From: the human T2T-CHM13v2.0 reference genome, Homo sapiens
Length of the DNA stretch: 64,000 nucleotides
Direction: 5' to 3' (one strand)
Assembly (NCBI RefSeq): GCF_009914755.1
Contig: NC_060940.1
Position 1 is the first letter of the stretch; every line of letters begins with the position of its first letter. Position numbers and translations under genes: made by a program. This document shows, in pieces, positions 42,201-57,600 of the stretch. The notes below the pieces were generated by a model. It saw only the letters and a list, made by a program, of their open reading frames with translations. It searched no databases and was not told the origin of the DNA.

Positions 42201-45200
42201 GATTCCATACCATGATGATTCCATTCGAGTCCATTCAATGGTGATTCCATTCAATTCCATTCGATGATTCCTTTCGATTCCATTCGATGATGATGGCATT
42301 CGATTCCTTTCAATCATTCCCTTTGATTCCATTCCGAGGTGATTTCATTCAAGTCCATTCGATAATTGCATTCGATTCCATTCTATGATGATTCCATTCG
42401 AGTCCATTTGATGATTCCATTCAATTCAAGTCAATGATGATTCCATTCGATTCCATTCGATGATTCCATTGGATTCCATTCGATGATGATTCCATTCAAA
42501 TCCATTCGATAATTCAATTCAAGTCCATTCGATGATGATTCCAATCGAATCCATTCAAAGATTCCATTCAGTTCCATTCGATGATTCCCTTAGATTCCAT
42601 TCGATGATTCCACTTGATTGCATTTACGATGATTCCATTCGATTCCATGTGTTGATTCCATTCAATTCTATTCAATGATGTCTCCATTTGATTCCATTCG
42701 ACCATGATTGCCTTTGATTCCATTCAATGATTCCATTCGGTTCCGTTTGATGATGATTCCGTTCGATTCCATTTGATGATTCCATTTGATTCCATTGGAT
42801 GAGTCCATTCGATTACATTCGATGATTATTCCATTCGAGTGCATTAGATGATTCCATTCGAGTCCATTCGATGATTCCATTCGATTCCATTCGATGTTGA
42901 TTCTGTTCAAATCCATTCGATGATTCCACTCGATTCCATTCGTTGACTCCATTTGATCCCATTCGATGATTTCCTTTGATTCCCTTTGATGATCATTCCA
43001 TTTGATTCAATTCGGTGATTTCATTTGATTCCATTCAGTGATGTTTCCATTCGACTCCATTCGATGATGATTCCATTCGACTCCATTCGATTATGATTTC
43101 ATTCAATTCCATTCGATAATGATTCCCTTCGAGTCCATTCGATGATTCCATTCGATTCCATTCAACGATGATTTGATTCGTGTCCATTCGATGATTCCAT
43201 TTGATTCCACTTGATGATGATTCCATTCGAGTCCATTTGATGATTCCATTCAATTCCATACTCCGATGATTTCTTTTGAGCCCACTCAATGCTTCCACTC
43301 GATTCCATATGATGATGACTCCATTCGATGAAATTCGATGATGATTCCATTCGCTTGCTTTCGATGATGATTCCACTTGAGTCCGTTAGAAGATTCTATT
43401 CAATTACATTCCATGACGATTCCGTTCGAGTCCATTTGATGATTCCATTAGACTCCATTCGACGATGATTCCATTCGATGTTATTCGATGATTCCATTCG
43501 ATCTCATTCGATGATGATTCCATTCAACTCCATTCGATGTTTCCATTCGAGTTCATTCTATTATTCCATTAGATTCCATTCGATGATGATTCCATTCGAT
43601 TCCATTTGATGATTGCATTCTATTTCATTTGATGATGATTCCATTCGAGTCCACTTGATGATTCCATTCGAGTCCATTTAATGAATCCATTGGTTTCAAT
43701 TCTATGATGATTACATTGGATTCCATTCGTTGATGATTTCATTCGGTTCCATTCAATGATGATTCCATTCAATTCCTTTCAATGTTTCCATTCAATTCCA
43801 TACGATGATGATTCCATTTGATTTGATTCGACAGTGAGCCATTCGATTCAATTCCATGATGATTCTATTTGATTCAATTGGTTGACATTTCCATTCGATT
43901 CCATTCGATGATGATTCCCTTTGATTCCGTTCAAAGATGATTCCATTCTAGCCCATTCAATCATTCCATTCGATTCTATTCAATGATGATTCCATTCATG
44001 TCGATTTGGTGATTCCATTTGACTTCATTTGATGATGATTCCTTTCAAGTTCATTAGATGATTCCATTCGATTCCATTTGATGATGATCCCATTCGAGTC
44101 CATTCAGTGATTACATTCGTTTCCATTCCATGATGATTCCATTCCTTTCCATTCAATGATTCCATTCGATTCCGTTTGATGATGATTTCATTCGAGTCCA
44201 TTTGATGATTCCATTTGATTCCATTCGATGATGATTCCATTCGAGTCCATTCGATGATTCTATTCGAATCCATTTGATGATTTCTTTTGATTATATTTGG
44301 TGATGATTCCATTGGAGTCCATTCAATGATTCCATTCTATTCCAATCGATGATGATTCCATTAGAGTCCATTTAATGATTCCATTTGATTCCAGTCTCTG
44401 ATGATTACATTCGAGTCCATACGATGATTCCACTCAATTCCATATGATGATGATTCCATTTGATTCCATTCGGTGATTCCATTCTATTCTAATCAATGGT
44501 GATTCCATTCTATTCTATTCAATGGTGATTCCATTGGAGTACATTAGATGATTCCATTCGATTCCATTCAATGATGATTCTATTTGTGTCCCTTAGATGA
44601 TTCCACATGATTCCATTAGATGATGATACTATTTGAGCCCATCCAATGATTCCCTTCGATTCCATTCGATGAGGATTCCATTCGATTCAATTCATTGGTG
44701 ATTCTATTCAATTCAATTCTTTGATTCCATTCCATTCCATTCGACAATGATTCCATTCGATTTCTTTCGATGATTCCACTCGATTCCACTTGACATTGAT
44801 TCCATTCGATTCCATTCAATGATTCCATTTGATTCCAGTGGATGATGATTGCCATCGATTCCATTCGATCACTCCATTCTATTCCATTTGATGATGATTA
44901 CATTCGATTCCATTTGATGATTCCATCTGATTCTATTCGAGGATTCCATTTGATTCCATTCGATGATGATTCCATTCGAGTCCATTCGATGATTTCATTC
45001 GAGTACATCCAATGATTCCATTCGAGTCCATTAGATGATTCCATTTGATTCCATTTGAAAATGATTCTACTAGAGTCCATTCAATGACTCCATTCGAGTC
45101 CATTCAACAATTCCATTCGACTCCATTCGATGATTCCATTCGATTCCATTTGATGGTTCCATTCGCGTCCATTTAATCATTACAGTCGAGTCCGTTTGGT

Positions 45201-45338
45201 GATTCCACTGGATTTCTTTTGATAATGATACCATTCAATTACATTTGATGATGATCCCATTCAATTTCATTTGATGATGATTCCATTAGAGTCCATTCGA
45301 TGATTTCATTCGAGTCCCTTCATTGATTCCATCCGATT
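39201..45338 (+). repeat. Higher-order unit U8, 6138 bp (26-bp duplication at ~44490), haplotype A
   Basis: Landmarks at 39201 and 45339, with tandem ATTCTATTCTA(A/T)TCAATGGTGATTCC at 44481-44532. Confidence 0.9.
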
Positions 45339-48300
45339 TCATTGGATGATGACTCCATTCGAGTCCATTCGATGATTCCACTCGATTCCATTAGATGACT
45401 CCATTGGAGTCCATTTGATTGTTCCATTCGATTCCATTCGATTCCTTTCGAAGATTATTCCATTTGAGTCCATTCGATGATGATTCCATTCTATTCCATT
45501 CGATGATTCCGTTTGATTCCATTCGATGATTCCCTTCGATTCCTTTCTTTGATGATTCCATTCCATTCCATTCAATGATTCCATTCGAATCTATTCCATG
45601 ATGATTCCTTTCGATTCCATTCGCTGATGTTTCCGTTCAATTCCATTCGATGATGATTCCATTCGATTCCATTCATTGAGGATTCCATTTGATTCCATTC
45701 AATGATGATTCCATTGTATTCCATTCAATGATTGCATTCAATTCCATTCAATGATTATCCCATTAGGGTAAACTCAACGATTCCATTCAATACCATTCGA
45801 TGATGATTCCTTTTGAGTCCATTCAATGATTTCATTCAAGTCCATTTGATGATTCCTTTCAATTCCATTCAATGATGATTCCATTCTATTCCATTCAATG
45901 ATTGCATTCAATTCCATTCAATGATTATCCCATTAGAGTAAACTCAACGATTCCATTCAATACCATTCGATGATGATTCCTTTTGAGTCCATTCAATGAT
46001 TTCATTCAAGTCCATTTGATGATTCCTTTCAATTCCATTCTATGATGATTCCATTCGAGTCCATTCGATGATTCCATTCGATTGCATTCGATGATTCCAT
46101 TATATTCCATTCAACGGTGATTCCATTCGAGTCCATTCCATGATTCCATTAGAGTACATTTAATGATTGCTTTGTTTTCAATTCGAAGATGATTACATTG
46201 GATTCCATTCTATGATACCATTCGATTCCATTCAATGATGATTCCACTCAAATCCATTGGATGATTCCATTCGTGTCCATTCGGTGATTTCATTAGATTC
46301 CATTCGAGGATGATTCCATTCGATTCCATTCGATGATTCCATTCAATTCCATTCGTTGATGATTCCATTCCAGTCCATATGATCATTCCATTTGATTTCA
46401 TTCGATGATGATTCCATTCGATTCCATTCGATGATTCCATTCTATTCCATTCGATGATGATTCCATTCGAGTCCATTCGATGATTCCATTCGAGTCCATT
46501 TAATGATTCCATTGGGTTCAATTCAATGATGATTACATTGGATTCCGTTCTATGATTCCATTCAATTCCGTTCATTGACAATTTGATTCCATTCGATGAT
46601 GATTCCATTTGAGTTCATTCGATGATTCTATTCGATTCTCTTCGATGGTGATTCAATTCTATTATATTGGATGATTCCATTCGATTCCATTTGATGTTGA
46701 TTCAATTCGATTCTATTCGATGATGATTCCATTGGATTTCACTTGATGATTCTATTCGATTCCATTCAATGATGATTCACTTCTCGTCCATTGGATGATT
46801 CCATTTCATTCCATTCGATGATGATTCCATTCGATTCCATTCGATGATTCCATTTGATTCCATGCGACGGTGAGCAATTCGATTCAATTCCATGATGATT
46901 CTATTTGATTCAATTAGATGATGTTTCCATTCGAATCCATTCCATGATTATTCCATTGGAATCCATTCGGCGATGATTCCATATGAGTCAATTCAATGAT
47001 GATTCCATATGGGTCCGTTCGATGATAATTCCATTTGATTTCATTCGATGCTTCTATTCTATTCCAGTCGATGATGATTCCGTTGGAGTCCATACGATGA
47101 TTCCATTTGATTTCATTTGATGATGATTCCATTCGATGACGATTACATTGGATTCCATTCTATGATTCCATTCAATTCCATTCGTTGATGATTCGATTCC
47201 ATTCAATGATGATTCCATTTGAGTTCATTCGATGATTCTATTCGATTCCGTTCGATGGTGATTCAATTCTATTATATTGGATGATTCCACTCGATTCCAT
47301 TTGATGATTATTCCATTGGAGTCCACTTAGTGAATCCTTTAGATTCTACTCGACGATGATTCCATTCGAGTCCATTCGATGATACCATTCAATTCCATTC
47401 GTTGATGCTTCCATTCAAGTGCATTCGATGATATCATTCGATTCCATTTGATGATAATTCCATTTGATTCCATGCGATGATTCTATTCGATTCCATTCAA
47501 TGATAATTCCATTCAATTCAGTGATTCCTCTGGACTCCATTTGATGATGATTCCATTCAATGATTCCATTCGATTCTATTCGAAAATGATTCCATTTGAA
47601 TCCATTTGATGATGATTCCATTAGATTCCATTTGATGATTCCATTCGATTCCATTCGACGATGATTCCATTCGATTCCGTTTGATGATTCCATTCTATTC
47701 TATTCGATGATGATTCCATTCGATTCCATTCGATGATGATTGGATTCGATTCCATTGGATGATTTCATTTGATTCCATTCGTTAATGATTTCGATCAATT
47801 CCATTCGATGATTCCATTCGATTCCATTCGATAATGATTACATCCGAGTCCATTCGATGATTCCCTTTGAGCCTGTTCGATAATTCCATTTGAGTCCAAC
47901 CAATGATTCCATTCATTTCCATTCAATGATTCCATTCGAGTCCATTTGATCATTCCGGTAGGGTCCATTCGATGTTGATTCCATTGGAGTGCATTCGATG
48001 ATTCCATTCGAGTCCATTTTAGGATTTGATTCGAGTCCTTTCGATGATTCCATTCGATTCCACTCGATGATGATTTCATTCGAGTCCATTCGACACTTCC
48101 AATCGATTCCATTTGATGATTCCATTCGAGTCCAATTGATGATTCCATTCAATTCCATTCGATGATGATTCCGTACGATTCCATTCTGTGATGATTCCAT
48201 GTGATTGCATTCAATGATGATTCCTTTCGATTGCATTCGATTATGATTCATTTCGTGTTCATTCTATGGTTCCACAGGTTTCCATTCGTGTCCATTCCAT

Positions 48301-51300
48301 TATTCCATTCTATTCCATTTGATGATGATTCCATTCGATTCCATTCATTGGTGATTCCACTCAATTCCATTCAATGATTCCATTCCATTTCTTTCAACAA
48401 TGATTCCATTAGTTTCTAATCGATGATCCACTTGATTCCATTTGACGACGATTCCATTCTTGTCCATTCGATGATTCCATTTGATTCCATATGATGATGA
48501 TTCCATTCGATTCCATACCATGATGATTCCATTCGAGTCCATTCAATGGTGATTCCATTCAATTCCATTCGATGATTCCTTTCGATTCCATTCGATGATG
48601 ATGGCATTCGATTCCTTTCAATCATTCCCTTTGATTCCATTCAAAGGTGATTTCATTCAAGTCCATTCGATAATTGCATTCGATTCCATTCTATGATGAT
48701 TCCATTCGAGTCCATTTGATGATTCCATTCAATTCAAGTCAATGATGATTCCATTCGATTCCATTCGATGATTCCATTGGATTCCATTCGATGATGATTC
48801 CATTCAAATCCTTTCGATAATTCAATTCAAGTCCATTCGATGATGATTCCAATCGAATCCATTCAAAGATTCCATTCAGTTCCATTCGATGATTCCCTTA
48901 GATTCCATTCGATGATTCCACTTGATTGCATTTACGATGATTCCATTCGATTCCATGTGATGATTCCATTCAATTCTATTCAATGATGTCTCCATTTGAT
49001 TCCATTCGACCATGATTGCCTTTGATTCCATTCAATGATTCCATTCGGTTCCGTTTGATGATGATTCCGTTCGATTCCATTTGATGATTCCATTTGATTC
49101 CATTGGATGGGTCCATTCGATTACATTCGATGATTATTCCATTCGAGTGCATTAGATGATTCCATTCGAGTCCATTCGATGATTCCATTCGATTCCATTC
49201 GATGTTGATTCTGTTCAAATCCATTCGATGATTCCACTCGATTCCATTCGTTGACTCCATTTGATCCCATTCGATGATTTCCTTTGATTCCCTTTGATGA
49301 TCATTCCATTTGATTCAATTCGGTGATTTCATTTGATTCCATTCAGTGATGTTTCCATTCGACTCCATTCGATGATGATTCCATTCGACTCCATTCGATT
49401 ATGATTTCATTCAATTCCATTCGATAATGATTCCCTTCGAGTCCATTCGATGATTCCATTCGATTCCATTCAACGATGTTTTGATTCGTGTCCATTCGAT
49501 GATTCCATTTGATTCCACTTGATGATGATTCCATTCGAGTCCATTTGATGATTCCATTCAATTCCATACTCCGATGATTTCTTTTGAGCCCACTCAATGC
49601 TTCCACTCGATTCCATATGATGATGACTCCATTCGATGAAATTCGATGATGATTCCATTCGCTTGCTTTCGATGATGATTCCACTTGAGTCCGTTAGAAG
49701 ATTCTATTCAATTACATTCCATGACGATTCCGTTCGAGTCCATTTGATGATTCCATTAGACTCCATTCGACGATGATTCCATTCGATGTTATTCCATGAT
49801 TCCATTCGATATCAATCGATGATGATTCCATTCAACTCCATTCGATGTTTCCATTCGAGTTCATTCTATTATTGCATTAGATTCCATTCGATGATGATTC
49901 CATTCGATTCCATTTGATGATTGCATTCTATTTCATTTGATGATGATTCCATTCGAGTCCACTCGATGATTCCATTCGAGTCCATTTAATGAATCCATTG
50001 GTTTCAATTCTATGATGATTACATTGGATTCCATTCGTTGATGATTTCATTCGGTTCCATTCAATGATGATTCCATTCAATTCCTTTCAATGTTTCCATT
50101 CAATTCCATACGATGATGATTCCATTTGATTTGATTCGACAGTGAGCCATTCGATTCAATTCCATGATGATTCTATTTGATTCAATTGGTTGACATTTCC
50201 ATTCGATTCCATTCGATGATGATTCCCTTTGATTCCGTTCAAAGATGATTCCATTCTAGCCCATTCAATCATTCCATTCGATTCTATTCAATGATGATTC
50301 CATTCATGTCGATTTGGTGATTCCATTTGACTTCATTTGATGATGATTCCTTTCAAGTTCATTAGATGATTCCATTCGATTCCATTTGATGATGATCCCA
50401 TTCGAGTCCATTCAGTGATTCCATTCGTTTCCATTCCATGATGATTCCATTCCTTTCCATTCAATGATTCCATTCGATTCCGTTTGATGATGATTTCATT
50501 CGAGTCCATTTGATGATTCCATTTGATTCCATTCGATGATGATTCCATTCGAGTCCATTCGATGATTCTATTCGAATCCATTTGATGATTTCTTTTGATT
50601 ATATTTGGTGATGATTCCATTGGAGTCCATTCAATGATTCCATTCTATTCCAATCGATGATGATTCCATTAGAGTCCATTTAATGATTCCATTTGATTCC
50701 AGTCTCTGATGATTACATTCGAGTCCATACGATGATTCCACTCAATTCCATATGATGATGATTCCATTTGATTCCATTCGGTGATTCCATTCTATTCTAA
50801 TCAATGGTGATTCCATTCTATTCTATTCAATGGTGATTCCATTGGAGTACATTAGATGATTCCATTCGATTCCATTCAATGATGATTCTATTTGTGTCCC
50901 TTAGATGATTCCACATGATTCCATTAGATGATGATACTATTTGAGCCCATCCAATGATTCCCTTCGATTCCATTCGATGAGGATTCCATTCGATTCAATT
51001 CATTGGTGATTCTATTCAATTCAATTCTTTGATTCCATTCCATTCCATTCGACAATGATTCCATTCGATTTCTTTCGATGATTCCACTCGATTCCACTTG
51101 ACATTGATTCCATTCGATTCCATTCAATGATTCCATTTGATTCCAGTGGATGATGATTGCCATCGATTCCATTCGATCACTCCATTCTATTCCATTTGAT
51201 GATGATTACATTCGATTCCATTTGATGATTCCATCTGATTCTATTCGAGGATTCCATTTGATTCCATTCGATGATGATTCCATTCGAGTCCATTCGATGA

Positions 51301-51646
51301 TTTCATTCGAGTACATCCAATGATTCCATTCGAGTCCATTAGATGATTCCATTTGATTCCATTTGAAAATGATTCTACTAGAGTCCATTCAATGACTCCA
51401 TTCGAGTCCATTCAACAATTCCATTCGACTCCATTCGATGATTCCATTCGATTCCATTTGATGGTTCCATTCGCGTCCATTTAATCATTACAGTCGAGTC
51501 CGTTTGGTGATTCCACTGGATTTCTTTTGATAATGATACCATTCAATTACATTTGATGATGATCCCATTCAATTTCATTTGATGATGATTCCATTAGAGT
51601 CCATTCGATGATTTCATTCGAGTCCCTTCATTGATTCCATCCGATT
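45339..51646 (+). repeat. Higher-order unit U9, 6308 bp (170-bp and 26-bp duplications), haplotype A
   Basis: Two copies of the TAAACTCAACG motif at ~45770 and ~45940, and a 26-bp duplication at ~50800. 6112+170+26=6308. Confidence 0.9.
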
Positions 51647-54600
51647 TCATTGGATGATGACTCCATTCGAGTCCATTCGATGATTCCACTCGATTCCATT
51701 AGATGACTCCATTGGAGTCCATTTGATTGTTCCATTCGATTCCATTCGATTCCTTTCGAAGATTATTCCATTTGAGTCCATTCGATGATGATTCCATTCT
51801 ATTCCATTCGATGATTCCGTTTGATTCCATTCGATGATTCCCTTCGATTCCTTTCTTTGATGATTCCATTCCATTCCATTCAATGATTCCATTCGAATCT
51901 ATTCCATGATGATTCCTTTCGATTCCATTCGCTGATGTTTCCGTTCAATTCCATTCGATGATGATTCCATTCGATTCCATTCATTGAGGATTCCATTTGA
52001 TTCCATTCAATGATGATTCCATTGTATTCCATTCAATGATTGCATTCAATTCCATTCAATGATTATCCCATTAGGGTAAACTCAACGATTCCATTCAATA
52101 CCATTCGATGATGATTCCTTTTGAGTCCATTCAATGATTTCATTCAAGTCCATTTGATGATTCCTTTCAATTCCATTCTATGATGATTCCATTCGAGTCC
52201 ATTCGATGATTCCATTCGATTGCATTCGATGATTCCATTATATTCCATTCAACGGTGATTCCATTCGAGTCCATTCCATGATTCCATTAGAGTACATTTA
52301 ATGATTGCTTTGTTTTCAATTCGAAGATGATTACATTGGATTCCATTCTATGATACCATTCGATTCCATTCAATGATGATTCCACTCAAATCCATTGGAT
52401 GATTCCATTCGTGTCCATTCGGTGATTTCATTAGATTCCATTCGAGGATGATTCCATTCGATTCCATTCGATGATTCCATTCAATTCCATTCGTTGATGA
52501 TTCCATTGCAGTCCATATGATCATTCCATTTGATTTCATTCGATGATGATTCCATTCGATTCGCTTCGACGATTCCATTATATTCCATTCGATGATGATT
52601 CCATTCGAGTCCATTCGATGATTCCATTCGAGTCCATTTAATGATTCCATTGGGTTCAATTCAATGATGATTACATTGGATTCCGTTCTATGATTCCATT
52701 CAATTCCGTTCATTGACAATTTGATTCCATTCGATGATGATTCCATTTGAGTTCATTCGATGATTCTATTCGATTCTCTTCGATGGTGATTCAATTCTAT
52801 TATATTGGATGATTCCATTCGATTCCATTTGATGTTGATTCAATTCGATTCTATTCGATGATGATTCCATTGGATTTCACTTGATGATTCTATTCGATTC
52901 CATTCAATGATGATTCACTTCTCGTCCATTGGATGATTCCATTTCATTCCATTCGATGATGATTCCATTCGATTCCATTCGATGATTCCATTTGATTCCA
53001 TGCGACGGTGAGCAATTCGATTCAATTCCATGATGATTCTATTTGATTCAATTAGATGATGTTTCCATTCGAATCCATTCCATGATTATTCCATTGGAAT
53101 CCATTCGGCGATGATTCCATATGAGTCAATTCAATGATGATTCCATATGGGTCCGTTCGATGATAATTCCATTTGATTTCATTCGATGCTTCTATTCTAT
53201 TCCAGTCGATGATGATTCCGTTGGAGTCCATACGATGATTCCATTTGATTTCATTTGATGATGATTCCATTCGATGACGATTACATTGGATTCCATTCTA
53301 TGATTCCATTCAATTCCATTCGTTGATGATTCGATTCCATTCAATGATGATTCCATTTGAGTTCATTCGATGATTCTATTCGATTCCGTTCGATGGTGAT
53401 TCAATTCTATTATATTGGATGATTCCACTCGATTCCATTTGATGATTATTCCATTGGAGTCCACTTAGTGAATCCTTTAGATTCTACTCGACGATGATTC
53501 CATTCGAGTCCATTCGATGATACCATTCAATTCCATTCGTTGATGCTTCCATTCAAGTGCATTCGATGATATCATTCGATTCCATTTGATGATAATTCCA
53601 TTTGATTCCATGCGATGATTCTATTCGATTCCATTCAATGATAATTCCATTCAATTCAGTGATTCCTCTGGACTCCATTTGATGATGATTCCATTCAATG
53701 ATTCCATTCGATTCTATTCGAAAATGATTCCATTTGAATCCATTTGATGATGATTCCATTAGATTCCATTTGATGATTCCATTCGATTCCATTCGACGAT
53801 GATTCCATTCGATTCCGTTTGATGATTCCATTCTATTCTATTCGATGATGATTCCATTCGATTCCATTCGATGATGATTGGATTCAATTCCATTTGATGA
53901 TTTCATTTGATTCCATTCGTTAATGATTTCGATCAATTCCATTCGATGATTCCATTCGATTCCATTCGATAATGATTACATCCGAGTCCATTCGATGATT
54001 CCCTTTGAGCCTGTTCGATAATTCCATTTGAGTCCAACCAATGATTCCATTCATTTCCATTCAATGATTCCATTCGAGTCCATTTGATCATTCCGGTAGG
54101 GTCCATTCGATGTTGATTCCATTGGAGTGCATTCGATGATTCCATTCGAGTCCATTTTAGGATTTGATTCGAGTCCTTTCGATGATTCCATTCGATTCCA
54201 CTCGATGATGATTTCATTCGAGTCCATTCGACACTTCCAATCGATTCCATTTGATGATTCCATTCGAGTCCAATTGATGATTCCATTCAATTCCATTCGA
54301 TGATGATTCCGTACGATTCCATTCTGTGATGATTCCATGTGATTGCATTCAATGATGATTCCTTTCGATTGCATTCGATTATGATTCATTTCGTGTTCAT
54401 TCTATGGTTCCACAGGTTTCCATTCGTGTCCATTCCATTATTCCATTCTATTCCATTTGATGATGATTCCATTCGATTCCATTCATTGGTGATTCCACTC
54501 AATTCCATTCAATGATTCCATTCCATTTCTTTCAACAATGATTCCATTAGTTTCTAATCGATGATCCACTTGATTCCATTTGACGACGATTCCATTCTTG

Positions 54601-57600
54601 TCCATTCGATGATTCCATTTGATTCCATATGATGATGATTCCATTCGATTCCATACCATGATGATTCCATTCGAGTCCATTCAATGGTGATTCCATTCAA
54701 TTCCATTCGATGATTCCTTTCGATTCCATTCGATGATGATGGCATTCGATTCCTTTCAATCATTCCCTTTGATTCCATTCAAAGGTGATTTCATTCAAGT
54801 CCATTCGATAATTGCATTCGATTCCATTCTATGATGATTCCATTCGAGTCCATTTGATGATTCCATTCAATTCAAGTCAATGATGATTCCATTCGATTCC
54901 ATTCGATGATTCCATTGGATTCCATTCGATGATGATTCCATTCAAATCCTTTCGATAATTCAATTCAAGTCCATTCGATGATGATTCCAATCGAATCCAT
55001 TCAAAGATTCCATTCAGTTCCATTCGATGATTCCCTTAGATTCCATTCGATGATTCCACTTGATTGCATTTACGATGATTCCATTCGATTCCATGTGATG
55101 ATTCCATTCAATTCTATTCAATGATGTCTCCATTTGATTCCATTCGACCATGATTGCCTTTGATTCCATTCAATGATTCCATTCGGTTCCGTTTGATGAT
55201 GATTCCGTTCGATTCCATTTGATGATTCCATTTGATTCCATTGGATGGGTCCATTCGATTACATTCGATGATTATTCCATTCGAGTGCATTAGATGATTC
55301 CATTCGAGTCCATTCGATGATTCCATTCGATTCCATTCGATGTTGATTCTGTTCAAATCCATTCGATGATTCCACTCGATTCCATTCGTTGACTCCATTT
55401 GATCCCATTCGATGATTTCCTTTGATTCCCTTTGATGATCATTCCATTTGATTCAATTCGGTGATTTCATTCGATTCCATTCAGTGATGTTTCCATTCGA
55501 CTCCATTCGATGATGATTCCATTCGACTCCATTCGATTATGATTTCATTCAATTCCATTCGATAATGATTCCCTGCGAGTCTATTCGATGATTCCATTCG
55601 ATTCCATTCAACGATGATTTGATTCGTGTCCATTCGATGATTCCATTTGATTCCACTTGATGATGATTCCATTCGAGCCCATTTGATGATTCCATTCAAT
55701 TCCATACTCCGATGATTTCTTTTGAGCCCACTCAATGCTTCCACTCGATTCCATATGATGATGACTCCATTCGATGAAATTCGATGATGATTCCATTCGC
55801 TTGCTTTCGATGATGATTCCACTTGAGTCCGTTAGAAGATTCTATTCAATTACATTCCATGACGATTCCGTTCGAGTCCATTTGATGATTCCATTAGACT
55901 CCATTCGACGATGATTCCATTCGATGTTATTCGATGATTCCATTTGATCTCATTCGATGATGATTCCATTCAACTCCATTCGATGTTTCCATTCGAGTTC
56001 ATTCTATTATTCCATTAGATTCCATTCGATGATGATTCCATTCGATTCCATTTGATGATTGCATTCTATTTCATTTGATGATGATTCCATTCGAGTCCAC
56101 TCGATGATTCCATTCGAGTCCATTTAATGAATCCATTGGTTTCAATTCTATGATGATTACATTGGATTCCATTCGTTGATGATTTCATTCGGTTCCATTC
56201 AATGATGATTCCATTCAATTCCTTTCAATGTTTCCATTCAATTCCATACGATGATGATTCCATTTGATTTGATTCGACAGTGAGCCATTCGATTCAATTC
56301 CATGATGATTCTATTTGATTCAATTGGTTGACATTTCCATTCGATTCCATTCGATGATGATTCCCTTTGATTCCGTTCAAAGATGATTCCATTCTAGCCC
56401 ATTCAATCATTCCATTCGATTCTATTCAATGATGATTCCATTCATGTCGATTTGGTGATTCCATTTGACTTCATTTGATGATGATTCCTTTCAAGTTCAT
56501 TAGATGATTCCATTCGATTCCATTTGATGATGATCCCATTCGAGTCCATTCAGTGATTCCATTCATTTCCATTCCATGATGATTCCATTCCTTTCCATTC
56601 AATGATTCCATTCGATTCCGTTTGATGATGATTTCATTCGAGTCCATTTGATGATTCCATTTGATTCCATTCGATGATGATTCCATTCGAGTCCATTCGA
56701 TGATTCTATTCGAATCCATTTGATGATTTCTTTTGATTATATTTGGTGATGATTCCATTGGAGTCCATTCAATGATTCCATTCTATTCCAATCGATGATG
56801 ATTCCATTAGAGTCCATTTAATGATTCCATTTGATTCCAGTCTCTGATGATTACATTCGAGTCCATACGATGATTCCACTCAATTCCATATGATGATGAT
56901 TCCATTTGATTCCATTCGGTGATTCCATTCTATTCTATTCAATGGTGATTCCATTCGAGTACATTAGATGATTCCATTCGATTCCATTCAATGATGATTC
57001 TATTTGTGTCCCTTAGATGATTCCACATGATTCCATTAGATGATGATACTATTTGAGCCCATCCAATGATTCCCTTCGATTCCATTCGATGAGGATTCCA
57101 TTCGATTCAATTCATTGGTGATTCTATTCAATTCAATTCTTTGATTCCATTCCATTCCATTCGACAATAATTCCATTCGATTTCTTTCGATGATTCCACT
57201 CGATTCCACTTGACATTGATTCCATTCGATTCCATTCAATGATTCCATTTGATTCCAGTGGATGATGATTGCCATCGATTCCATTCGATCACTCCATTCT
57301 ATTCCATTTGATGATGATTACATTCGATTCCATTTGATGATTCCATCTGATTCTATTCGAGGATTCCATTTGATTCCATTCGATGATGTTTCCATTCGAC
57401 TCCATTCGATGATGATTCCATTCGACTCCATTCGATTATGATTTCATTCAATTCCATTCGATAATGATTCCCTTCGAGTCCATTCGATGATTCCATTCGA
57501 TTCCATTCAACGATGTTTTGATTCGTGTCCATTCGATGATTCCATTTGATTCCACTTGATGATGATTCCATTCGATTCCATTTGATGATTCCATTCAATT

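Noticed and set aside
7901-42345. Isolated shared variants between distant units (CATTCCGAGGTG at ~7901 and ~42330; CCAGGACG at ~8992 and ~37300)
   Set aside because: These are explained by shared haplotype-A ancestry on both sides of the B block, and there are too few sites to define a separate event.
45700-46040. Alpha-satellite-like 170/171-bp monomer
   Set aside because: The sequence is CATTC-derived, and 170 equals 4x23+3x26. I recognised no alphoid sequence or intact CENP-B box.
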